From a virus (Duplodnaviria > Caudoviricetes), in IMG/VR virus record IMGVR_UViG_3300020042_004769, positions 1-42,610 of that record: a stretch of DNA of 42,610 nt; one strand, given 5' to 3'. Both the position numbers and the translations under genes were made by a program. Numbering within the stretch: position 1 is the stretch's first letter; each line of letters starts with the position of its first letter. The notes beneath the pieces were generated by a model. It did no database searches, was not told the DNA's origin, and saw only the letters and a program-made list of their open reading frames with translations. Positions 18,491 to 26,721 of this stretch are shown here, piece by piece.

Positions 18491-18882
18491 TCATGGACAT
18501 GTTTGATATGGTTTCCGATTTTCATAAAAAGTTTGGATTAGAGCCTACTGATCAGCCAGACTTTCCGGTAGAAGGAATCTGGAAGCTTAAAAATTCGCAC
18601 ATGCAAGAAGAGCTTGATGAGATACGGGCAGCCGCAATCAACGGTGATCTTGAGGAGTACTTTGACGGCCTGATTGACCTTGTCTACGTAGCTCTTGGTG
18701 CGGCGTACCTAGCAGGCCTACCCTTTGAGCAAGGGTTCTTGCGGGTGCATCAAGCCAACATGAAAAAAGTGCGCGCTTTAAGGCAAGAAGATAGCAAACG
18801 CGGGTCTACCTATGATATAGTGAAACCTGCAGGATTCGTGGCCCCAACGCTTACGGACCTCATTAGAAAGGAGAAAGAATGA
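18487..18882 (+). CDS. MazG-like all-alpha NTP pyrophosphohydrolase
   Basis: VSDFHKKF, QEELDE, DGLIDLVYV, VHQANMKK, IVKPAGF motifs. Confidence 0.85.
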   Translation: MIMDMFDMVSDFHKKFGLEPTDQPDFPVEGIWKLKNSHMQEELDEIRAAAINGDLEEYFDGLIDLVYVALGAAYLAGLPFEQGFLRVHQANMKKVRALRQEDSKRGSTYDIVKPAGFVAPTLTDLIRKEKE

Positions 18883-19871
18883 AAGGCATTATTGTCATCG
18901 ATGGTTGCGACGGCACCGGAAAAACAACTCTTGCTAAAGCTATTTGCGACAAGCATGATGGCGTCTACATTCACAACACGTATCGCTGGCCTACAAAGAT
19001 GCCGCTGTATCACACAGCTGCTTTGCATCGCGCGTTAAAGCTTGCTCGTACACGTCTTGTAGTGATTGATCGCTTGTGGATGAGCGAAGCCATCTATGCA
19101 GAGGTCTACCGTAATGGCAGCCCTTGGCCTAACATGGGACGCATGATTGATCGCATCATCCGTAAGGTCGGAGGTATGTACATCTTGGCGCAATCTCCAC
19201 AAGGCCATCAAGAAAAGTTTGAGCAGCTGAAGACAGAGCGCAAAGAGATGTATGACAACGTGGACCCAGTGCGCAAGCGCTTTGATCAGTTGTTTGAAGG
19301 AGGCTTTGCTGGCCATGATAGCGACTACGCGCAGCAGCTGTCTGTGTTTGGCATGCGCTTGCGCGATGACGTTCTGCCCTATCGATACGACATTGAAGGT
19401 ACCAACCTTGATGTCTACATTGACATGGCGATGTCAGTCCTTGATTCTCGCATGACTAAGCAATACGCGCCAGCCCTTGACCTGCGTACAGAAAACTTTG
19501 CAGGACATGTGCATGAGGCCAACTTTATCTTTGTTGGAGACAAGGCTAACAGCAAGTTTAGAGCAGTCAGCTGGCCCTTCTATGACTTTGGCAATTCAAG
19601 CGAGTTTTTTGCTAGTGCCCTGCATGAGTTGACATTTGACGAGACAAGAGCCGTCTACATCAATGCTAATGATCAGGATGGTATTAAGCACATTGACAGG
19701 TGCCTTTCAGCAAAGCCGTATCTGCATTTGATTTGTCTTGGCAATGAGGCTCATGCGTCAGTGCATTCGCTCACTCGCCGCATCTCCAGCGTCTATCATC
19801 CGTCATACGCAAAGCGGTTTAACAAAGCCGGTGAATTTTTGCTTCAACTTAAGGAGGCTCTCAATGGTTAA
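18879..19871 (+). CDS. dNMP kinase (thymidylate-kinase-like) fused to a uracil-DNA-glycosylase-like domain
   Basis: N-terminal IVIDGCDGTGKTT P-loop and VIDRLWMSEAIY. C-terminal FVGD..WPF..YINA..ICLGNEA..YHPSY follows the UDG superfamily motif order. Confidence 0.75.
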   Translation: MKGIIVIDGCDGTGKTTLAKAICDKHDGVYIHNTYRWPTKMPLYHTAALHRALKLARTRLVVIDRLWMSEAIYAEVYRNGSPWPNMGRMIDRIIRKVGGMYILAQSPQGHQEKFEQLKTERKEMYDNVDPVRKRFDQLFEGGFAGHDSDYAQQLSVFGMRLRDDVLPYRYDIEGTNLDVYIDMAMSVLDSRMTKQYAPALDLRTENFAGHVHEANFIFVGDKANSKFRAVSWPFYDFGNSSEFFASALHELTFDETRAVYINANDQDGIKHIDRCLSAKPYLHLICLGNEAHASVHSLTRRISSVYHPSYAKRFNKAGEFLLQLKEALNG

Positions 19872-20670
19872 CACGACATTTAACACGACAAACATGAACT
19901 GGCAAGGCTTGCTAGATATTGTCATGCGCAGCGGAAGCGAGACAAGCCCACGTGGCAAAAAGACAAAAGAGCTCTTAGGCTTTAAGTCAATGATTGACAT
20001 GAACCAGCCCGTCATCACCATCAAGGAACGGGCTCTTGGCTATAAGTTTATGGCGGCCGAAGCAGCTTGGATTATGTCAGGCGACAACCGCGTTAGCACC
20101 ATCGCCCGTTTTAGTAAGCAGATCAGCAACTTCTCTGACGACGGCATCTTTTTCTATGGAGCCTACGGCCCAAGAATACGCGACCAGCTGGCTCACGTTG
20201 TTCAGTCGCTATTGGCTGATCCAGACACACGGCAAGCGGTCATCACGATATGGCGTCCAAACCCTCGTGCTTCAAGAGACATCCCTTGCACTATCAGCTG
20301 CCAGTTTGTGATTCGCTCCGGTATGCTTCATTGCTTTATGAACATGCGTTCCTCTGACGCTTGGCTTGGCGTGCCGTACGACTGGTTTAACTTCAGCATG
20401 CTGTCAGCAGGTATTGCTTTGCTTCTTCGTCAAAAAGGTTTAACTGTTCAGCTTGGCTCCCTGCACTTTTACGCAGCAAGTCAGCACCTGTACGAAGAGA
20501 ACTGGTTCAAGGTAGATGCTTGCTTAAACGGAGAGATCCTAGGCGACTACGCCCCAATCGACCTTGAATACTTTGATGACTACGACCACTTAGTTAATCA
20601 CTTGTGGACACTGGCAGGTGGCCATGTGCACAACGGTTTTCTTAAGGAATTATCAACATGGAAAGGATAG
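19864..20670 (+). CDS. Thymidylate synthase-family protein, dCMP-type (Asp at the specificity position)
   Basis: AAEAAWIMSG, YGPRI, TRQAV, DIPCT (catalytic Cys), MRSSDAWLGVPYD, SQHLYE; RBS AAGGAGG before ATG 19864. Confidence 0.88.
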   Translation: MVNTTFNTTNMNWQGLLDIVMRSGSETSPRGKKTKELLGFKSMIDMNQPVITIKERALGYKFMAAEAAWIMSGDNRVSTIARFSKQISNFSDDGIFFYGAYGPRIRDQLAHVVQSLLADPDTRQAVITIWRPNPRASRDIPCTISCQFVIRSGMLHCFMNMRSSDAWLGVPYDWFNFSMLSAGIALLLRQKGLTVQLGSLHFYAASQHLYEENWFKVDACLNGEILGDYAPIDLEYFDDYDHLVNHLWTLAGGHVHNGFLKELSTWKG

Positions 20671-21164
20671 GCAAACATGAATACTTTTCGCAACTGGCTT
20701 TACTCGTTAGTCGAAGGAGTACTTGCGCTAGGAGGAGTGTGGGCTGCGTTCTCATATCTCATCGTGGGCATATTCTCGGTACTGGTTATAACGGGGTGCC
20801 TCGTGGTCATACTCATTGCACTGACGTTCGCTGTCCCGGTGCTGCTTTGCCTTCGGGCACTGGCCTGGATGTATGTGAAGCTATTCATGCGGAACAAAAC
20901 GCCTTACTCCAATGTAAGGACGTTGAACAAATAGACACGGCTTACGTAACTGCTATGCCTTGCATGACTTGTACAAAGCTTTTGCTAAACACAAGCTGCA
21001 AGCGCATAGTCTACGTTGAACCATACCCGCATGACGCTGCAAAACAACTCTGGATTAAAAATGGACGTATCATCTTATCAACCGCCGAAGCACTTTCCCA
21101 ATCTGTTAGTAGCGAAGAGGATCGCAATCGACTGCGAGACGCGCGACCCGAACTTAATGACTAA
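20658..21164 (+). CDS. dCMP deaminase family (Zn-dependent)
   Basis: RSTCARRSVGCV, GTGYNG, HAEQNAL and PCMTC motifs. Confidence 0.9.
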   Translation: MERIGKHEYFSQLALLVSRRSTCARRSVGCVLISHRGHILGTGYNGVPRGHTHCTDVRCPGAALPSGTGLDVCEAIHAEQNALLQCKDVEQIDTAYVTAMPCMTCTKLLLNTSCKRIVYVEPYPHDAAKQLWIKNGRIILSTAEALSQSVSSEEDRNRLRDARPELND

Positions 21165-22923
21165 AGGCCCTGGAGGAGTACGCGGAGATGGCTACATCGT
21201 GGGATTTTCTGTCGCAACTGATGATGGATTTGCTGAGTACTATCCTGTCCGTCATGCAGCAGGTGGGAACCTTAACCCTGACAATGCGTTTACTTGGCTA
21301 AAGGACATGCTGAAGACAGACATTCCTAAGATTGGCGCCAACCTGCCTTACGACCTTGAATGGTTGCTGACAGAAGGCGTCAAGGTAGGAGGTCCTAAGT
21401 ATGACGTGCAGATTGCCGAGCCTTTGCTGGATGAGGACCGCATCACCTACAAGCTTGATGCCCTGGCCCAGTCTTACCTTGGAGAGACAAAGGACGAGAC
21501 AGAGCTGATTGCAGCAGCTGTTCGCCGCGGTATCCACCCGAGCAAGGTCAAAGAAAACCTTTGGCAGTTTCATGCTGCTGAGGTGGCCCCATACGGACGC
21601 AAGGACGCAGACCTGCCTATCCGCATCTTTGCCCAACAAGAAGTCTTGCTGCACGACGAGAAGCTGTGGGAAGTCTTTGAGATGGAGACGCAGCTAGTTG
21701 ATGTGATTGTGGCCATGCGCCAACGTGGGGTCCCAGTCGATCTTGACCGGGCCCACAAGGTTAAGGCTCAACTACTTGATGAGCAAGGCAAGCTGACGGA
21801 GCAACTCAAGAAGGTTGCAGAGCGGGATGTAGACATCTGGTCTGGTGACGATATACAGGCAGCCAGTGACGCATTGAAGCTGGATTACCCAAAGACTGAA
21901 AAGGGGAATGCTAGTTTTCCCGGTGAGTTTCTTGAAGCTAGTGAACATGAATTTTTCTCCTTAATATCCAGGATCCGGAAGCTTGACCGGGCTGGTGGTG
22001 TATTTATCGATAGCAAAATCATTCAGATGGAAAAAGATGGCAAAATTTACCCAACATTCAGACAGGTTCGTGACGATCGGGGTGGCACAAAGTCCGGGCG
22101 TTTTGCGTCGTCTAATCCGAACATGCAGCAAGTACCAGCTAGAGATCCAGTGCTGGCTCCTCTTATCCGAAGCATCTTTGTGCCTGAGGATGGGTGTCAG
22201 TGGGGCGTCTTCGATTACTCGCAGCAAGAGCCTCGTGTCACGGTTCACTACAGCTATTTGCGTGGTTTTCCTGGTGCTGAGATTGCTCGCAATAGGTATC
22301 TTGACGACCCTGATACTGACTACCATCAGCTCGTTGCTGACATGGCTGGAATCACTCGTAAAAACGCGAAGACGCTAAATCTTGGACTGGCTTACGGTAT
22401 GGGTGCTGCCAAGGCTGCTACCCAACTGGGCCTGCCGCCAGCAGAGGCCAAGCGAGTCTACGAGCAATACCATGCCAACGTGCCGTTTATTAAGGCTCTT
22501 GGCGAGGAATGCACGCGGATTGCAACCAACAGGGGCTACGTCAAGACGTTCTTAGGTAGACGCAGACGGTTCCAGTTGTTTGGACCACCTAAATACACGC
22601 TAGGTCTGATCCCATTAAAGAAGGACTTGGCTGAGGAAAAGTACGGGCTGCCGTTAAAACGATATTTTGTGCACAAGGCCATGAACGCCGTCATACAAGG
22701 ATCTTCAGCTGACATGATCAAGATGGCCATGATCAACCTGTTCAAAAAAGGCGAAGTACCTCATCTGACTATCCACGATGAATTAGACTTTAGCGTAAGG
22801 GACTTGGATCACGCCAGATTGATCCGCCAGGAGATGTTGTCATGTGTAGACTTGGTCGTGCCATTAAAAGTAGATTGCGATCTTGGACCCAGCTGGGGAG
22901 AAGCGGTGGAGGTGAAGCTATGA
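21061..22923 (+). CDS. polA: DNA polymerase family A with 3'-5' exonuclease
   Basis: Exo IAIDCET, NLPYD; SGRFASSNPNMQQVP; motif A DYSQQEPR; motif B RKNAKTLNLGLAYG; IQGSSAD; motif C IHDEL. Start at 21061 is inferred. Confidence 0.93.
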   Translation: MDVSSYQPPKHFPNLLVAKRIAIDCETRDPNLMTKGPGGVRGDGYIVGFSVATDDGFAEYYPVRHAAGGNLNPDNAFTWLKDMLKTDIPKIGANLPYDLEWLLTEGVKVGGPKYDVQIAEPLLDEDRITYKLDALAQSYLGETKDETELIAAAVRRGIHPSKVKENLWQFHAAEVAPYGRKDADLPIRIFAQQEVLLHDEKLWEVFEMETQLVDVIVAMRQRGVPVDLDRAHKVKAQLLDEQGKLTEQLKKVAERDVDIWSGDDIQAASDALKLDYPKTEKGNASFPGEFLEASEHEFFSLISRIRKLDRAGGVFIDSKIIQMEKDGKIYPTFRQVRDDRGGTKSGRFASSNPNMQQVPARDPVLAPLIRSIFVPEDGCQWGVFDYSQQEPRVTVHYSYLRGFPGAEIARNRYLDDPDTDYHQLVADMAGITRKNAKTLNLGLAYGMGAAKAATQLGLPPAEAKRVYEQYHANVPFIKALGEECTRIATNRGYVKTFLGRRRRFQLFGPPKYTLGLIPLKKDLAEEKYGLPLKRYFVHKAMNAVIQGSSADMIKMAMINLFKKGEVPHLTIHDELDFSVRDLDHARLIRQEMLSCVDLVVPLKVDCDLGPSWGEAVEVKL

Positions 22924-23327
22924 AGGAAAGCCAGTTTTGGGCTCTAGTTAAAGCTAAGCTGCCTGGCCACGTGGAACGCGTTGAGAATGCCCTTACCAGG
23001 GGAACTCCAGACGTGAACATGTGCCATGAGGGCAATGAGCTTTGGCTAGAGTTAAAAGTATTGGATGCTAAGAACAAATGTGAGCTACGTCCAGAACAGG
23101 TTCTATGGCACCGTAAGCGCCAAGAAAGCGGAGGACGTGTGTTTGTATTAGCTCGCAACGAAAGTGTCCTAAAGGTACTCCAGATTCAGCGAGATATGAC
23201 TCTCTTTGAGATCTGGACCTGCAGCAAGCCATTTGATTGGGAATATATGAATAGCCTGCTTTTTAACGTGCCACCTTTTTGCACTGAATTTGTCGTGCGT
23301 CATGCACAAGTTGGAGGAAAACAATGA
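22920..23327 (+). CDS. PD-(D/E)xK nuclease (VRR-NUC / Holliday junction resolvase-like)
   Basis: MKESQFW, RVEN..GTPD, WLELK, LRPEQVLW, GGRVFVL; ATGA overlap with polA. Confidence 0.8.
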   Translation: MKESQFWALVKAKLPGHVERVENALTRGTPDVNMCHEGNELWLELKVLDAKNKCELRPEQVLWHRKRQESGGRVFVLARNESVLKVLQIQRDMTLFEIWTCSKPFDWEYMNSLLFNVPPFCTEFVVRHAQVGGKQ

Positions 23328-23641
23328 CAGTCTATGTCGTACAAGAATCACCGAAGTTTAACCTGCTGCCTGCCGCGGAGTATGGTGACCTTCAGACGTT
23401 GCTGCCGCCAGGGCAAGTGATGATGGCCACTGCGCCAACCATCCGCGTCCTGCGCGACAAGCTTAAGAGTTTTTCGGACAGCGATTTTCTACTGGCTATT
23501 GGTGACCCCATTGCCATTGGTATGTCCGTTGCAATTGCTGCTGGCTTTAACAGCGGCAAGATCAAGATGCTGAAATGGGATCGCCAGGAGCATCGTTACT
23601 ACGCCCTTGAGGCAGACCTTACAGGAGTTAGAAATGCTTGA
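23324..23641 (+). CDS. Hypothetical phage protein
   Basis: 105 aa, RBS GGAGG, coupled within the replication operon. Confidence 0.75.
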   Translation: MTVYVVQESPKFNLLPAAEYGDLQTLLPPGQVMMATAPTIRVLRDKLKSFSDSDFLLAIGDPIAIGMSVAIAAGFNSGKIKMLKWDRQEHRYYALEADLTGVRNA

Positions 23642-24182
23642 AGAAGACATGATGGCTGACAGTCAGATGCCAACTGACCAAGGCTTAGGCAAGATCAGTA
23701 CGCTTGCAGAAGAGTACACAGAACTTGATGATGAGATTAAAGATGTGGAAACGCATCTGAAGCTCTTAAAAGAACGAGCTAAGAACATTGCTGAAAAGCA
23801 GTTGCCTGATGCTATGGCAGAAATCGGTGTGGCAAAGTTTACGCTTACAGACGGTAGTGAAGTGACCGTCAAACCGTACTACAGCGCCAAGATCAGTGAC
23901 GAGAAACGTGATGAGTGCTTTGGCTGGTTGGAAGACCATGGCCACGAGGCGCTAATTAAAGACGAGGTAGTCCTGACATTTAATCGCGGTGAGCACGAGA
24001 AAGCCGAAGAGTTCAAAGCCCAGCTGCTAGAGCAAGGCATGGATTATTCTGGCAAGATGGGTGTTCATCCTCAGACTTTGACAGCATTTGTCAAAGAGCA
24101 AGTGGAAAGCGGAGCCGAATTCCCACTTGAACTTTTTAACGTGTACATCGGCCAAATTGCTAAAGTTAAAAGGAGCAAATGA
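23634..24182 (+). CDS. Hypothetical phage replication-module protein (coiled-coil N-terminus)
   Basis: RBS AGGAG before ATG 23634; LPDAMAEIG, WLEDHG, VHPQTLTAFVKE; located upstream of the SSB-like gene. Confidence 0.75.
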   Translation: MLEEDMMADSQMPTDQGLGKISTLAEEYTELDDEIKDVETHLKLLKERAKNIAEKQLPDAMAEIGVAKFTLTDGSEVTVKPYYSAKISDEKRDECFGWLEDHGHEALIKDEVVLTFNRGEHEKAEEFKAQLLEQGMDYSGKMGVHPQTLTAFVKEQVESGAEFPLELFNVYIGQIAKVKRSK

Positions 24183-24949
24183 TGGTAAAGAAAACTGAAG
24201 TGGCTGTCAAGCAGCCGACCGCCCTTGTGGCATTTACTGACGACATGATGGCTGATGCCGGTCTCGGTTTTGAGAACGTATCTGCTAACGATGTCGCTAT
24301 CCCGTACCTCAAGGTGCTGCAGGCTTTGTCGCCAGAACTTCGCGGAGTCACCAAAGTTGCTGGTGCTGAAGAGGGTTTGATCATCAACACTGTCACAGGT
24401 GTCTTGATGAAAGAAATCCGAGTTATTCCTTGCGCATTTAAGAAAAGCTACGTTGAGTGGACTCCTCGTGAAGCTGGCGGCGGCTTGGTCAAAGAATGGA
24501 CTGAGGACAAGATCCTTGAAAAGACTAAGAAAAATGAACGCAATCAAGACGTATTGGCCAACGGCAACTTGATCGTCACGACAGCTTATCACTATGTGCT
24601 AATCTTGTCAGAAGGCGGTTTTGAGCGCGCCCTCATTGCTATGTCTTCGACACAGTTGAAGAAGTCACGTCGCTGGCTCGGTCAAATGATGGCCTTGCAA
24701 GTTAAGGTTGGCGACAAGTCATTCACGCCTCCTCCATTTAGCCATAGCTATCACTTGGGTACCGGCATGGAGACTAAGGATACAAACAGCTGGTATGGCT
24801 GGTTGATCAACGATCCAAGCATGGTTCAAGACCGTAGCATCTACGACGCAGCCAAGAAGTTTGGTCAAGACGTGACTGCCGGTATTGTTAAGGTTGCTGC
24901 CCCGCCTGAAGATGGCGCGGCTATTGATGAAGACGACGTGCCGTATTGA
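24179..24949 (+). CDS. Putative single-stranded DNA-binding protein
   Basis: 256 aa, IPYLKVLQALSP, acidic C-terminal tail ending in an aromatic residue (IDEDDVPY); located between polymerase and primase. Confidence 0.6.
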   Translation: MMVKKTEVAVKQPTALVAFTDDMMADAGLGFENVSANDVAIPYLKVLQALSPELRGVTKVAGAEEGLIINTVTGVLMKEIRVIPCAFKKSYVEWTPREAGGGLVKEWTEDKILEKTKKNERNQDVLANGNLIVTTAYHYVLILSEGGFERALIAMSSTQLKKSRRWLGQMMALQVKVGDKSFTPPPFSHSYHLGTGMETKDTNSWYGWLINDPSMVQDRSIYDAAKKFGQDVTAGIVKVAAPPEDGAAIDEDDVPY

Positions 24950-24960
24950 TTGGACAAGTC

Positions 24961-25146
24961 ATGAGTAACAAGAATCCATCAGCCACTAAAAAAGGCCCTG
25001 GTCGTTACCATAAGCAGGGGGTCACAAAAGGCAAGGCGTCAAAGTCTAGCTACCGACCCTCTGCTGCAAAGGCTAATGTCAAGGTTGCAGCGCAGACAGA
25101 TCACGTGACAAATAGTCCGTTGAAAGCTGCGACGCGAGGCGGTTAA
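24961..25146 (+). CDS. Small basic hypothetical protein
   Basis: 61 aa Lys-rich ORF (alternative TTG start at 24946). Confidence 0.5.
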   Translation: MSNKNPSATKKGPGRYHKQGVTKGKASKSSYRPSAAKANVKVAAQTDHVTNSPLKAATRGG

Positions 25147-25150
25147 GTCA

Positions 25151-25170
25151 GGGGCGGCTTAGGCCGCTCC
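25151..25170 (+). terminator. GC hairpin, no U-tract
   Basis: GGGGCGGC-TTAG-GCCGCTCC in the gap before the primase gene. Confidence 0.45.
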
Positions 25171-25197
25171 CTTCATCAACAATAACGAGAAAGAAAT

Positions 25198-26721
25198 ATG
25201 CTTGCACAAAGATTCATGGCGCTATTTTCCGGGCACACAAATGCCTACGGAACCTATGACATCGATGGCAAGAATACTGGTCTAAAGGTACAGGGGACAG
25301 CAATCACAAAGAGGGCGCCGGTTACGGAGCAACTGTGGGATGCACACCTAGCTGGAACAAAAGGGATCGGTATTGTGCCAATCAGAGAGGACAACACATG
25401 TCTCTTTGGTGCGATTGACATTGACGAATACAAGAATTTTGACCTTAAGGAGGCCGTTGATGCTTGCATTAAGGCGAAGGCTCCAGTAGTTGTCTGCCGC
25501 AGCAAGTCTGGCGGTGCACACATCTACATGTTCTTCAGCGAGCCGATACCGGCAGCTGATGTTAAACGAAAGCTAGGCGAGTTGGCCAGCGTGATTGGCC
25601 ATCCAAACTGCGAGATCTTTCCAAAGCAAGATCAGGTGTTGTCAGAACGTGGCGACGTCGGCAACTGGATCAACATGCCTTACTTTGAAGGCGATCAAAC
25701 ATCCAGATATGGGGTTGCTGAAAACGGCGGTCCAGTTCAGATCACTGACTTTCTAGATTTTGCCGAGGGCATTAAGCTTACGAGGGCCAACTTCGTGCGC
25801 CTTAAGTTTGCAGAAGCTAAAAGCAAAAAGCGTGCCTACAAGGATGGTCCTCCGTGTCTTGAGAAGCTAGCTCAAACTGGCTTCCCAGAAGGTACACGTA
25901 ACAACGGCCTGTTTAACCTATGCGTCTTGGCACGCAAGATGAAACCAGATGACTGGCAGCCACTGGTCATGCAGATGAACATTGACATCATGGATCCTCC
26001 GTTGTCAGAGTCTGAGGCCATGGGTGTCATCCAATCAATGCAAAACAGCGACTACCAGTACACCTGCAGCCGACCGCCGCTCCGGCCTAATTGCAATGCT
26101 GGTATGTGCCGCATGCGTAAGTATGGTGTGGGCCAGACGTCAGGCACGCCGCGTCTATCTTCTCTGAGCAAGTACAACACGGAACCGCCCATCTGGTTTC
26201 TTGACATGGACAACGGCATGCGCCTGTCCTTAAACACCGAAGACCTGCAGAACCAGGCGGGCTTCCAGAAGCGGTGTATGGAGGCCATGAACTACATGCC
26301 ACCAAAGATGAACCTGACGCAGTGGAACCAAATGATCCAGGCCCTACTTGCTGACGTGGTCGTCATCGAGGCTCCTGAAGACGCCAGCCCCAAGGGCCAG
26401 TTCATTGACCTACTGGAACGCTATTGCACCGGCAAGGCACAAGCCAAGCATCTTGACGAGATCCTCCTTGGCAAACCATTCCATGATCGTGACGACAATC
26501 GGCACCTGTTCCGCTTAGCTGACTTCATCAACTTCCTTGACAAGCAGAAGTTCAAGGAGTTTAAGCTTAACCAGATCAGCTCCGCCATCCGCGATTACGG
26601 TGGAGAGACGCACACCTACAAGCTGAACGGCAAGCGAGCAACTGTCTGGTCTGTGCCTGCCTTCTCTTTCCAGGACAAGGGCCATCAGACTCCGGACTTT
26701 AGCAATGGTAGCCTTATCTAA
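25198..26721 (+). CDS. Archaeo-eukaryotic-type primase with PriCT-like domain
   Basis: GAIDID (DxD), RSKSGGAHIY, EIFPKQ, NMPYF, PPCL..GTRNNGLF motifs. Confidence 0.82.
   Translation: MLAQRFMALFSGHTNAYGTYDIDGKNTGLKVQGTAITKRAPVTEQLWDAHLAGTKGIGIVPIREDNTCLFGAIDIDEYKNFDLKEAVDACIKAKAPVVVCRSKSGGAHIYMFFSEPIPAADVKRKLGELASVIGHPNCEIFPKQDQVLSERGDVGNWINMPYFEGDQTSRYGVAENGGPVQITDFLDFAEGIKLTRANFVRLKFAEAKSKKRAYKDGPPCLEKLAQTGFPEGTRNNGLFNLCVLARKMKPDDWQPLVMQMNIDIMDPPLSESEAMGVIQSMQNSDYQYTCSRPPLRPNCNAGMCRMRKYGVGQTSGTPRLSSLSKYNTEPPIWFLDMDNGMRLSLNTEDLQNQAGFQKRCMEAMNYMPPKMNLTQWNQMIQALLADVVVIEAPEDASPKGQFIDLLERYCTGKAQAKHLDEILLGKPFHDRDDNRHLFRLADFINFLDKQKFKEFKLNQISSAIRDYGGETHTYKLNGKRATVWSVPAFSFQDKGHQTPDFSNGSLI

Noticed and set aside
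19864-20670. Annotating the gene as ordinary thyA
   Set aside because: The specificity residue is Asp (PYD) rather than Asn, so no symbol was assigned.
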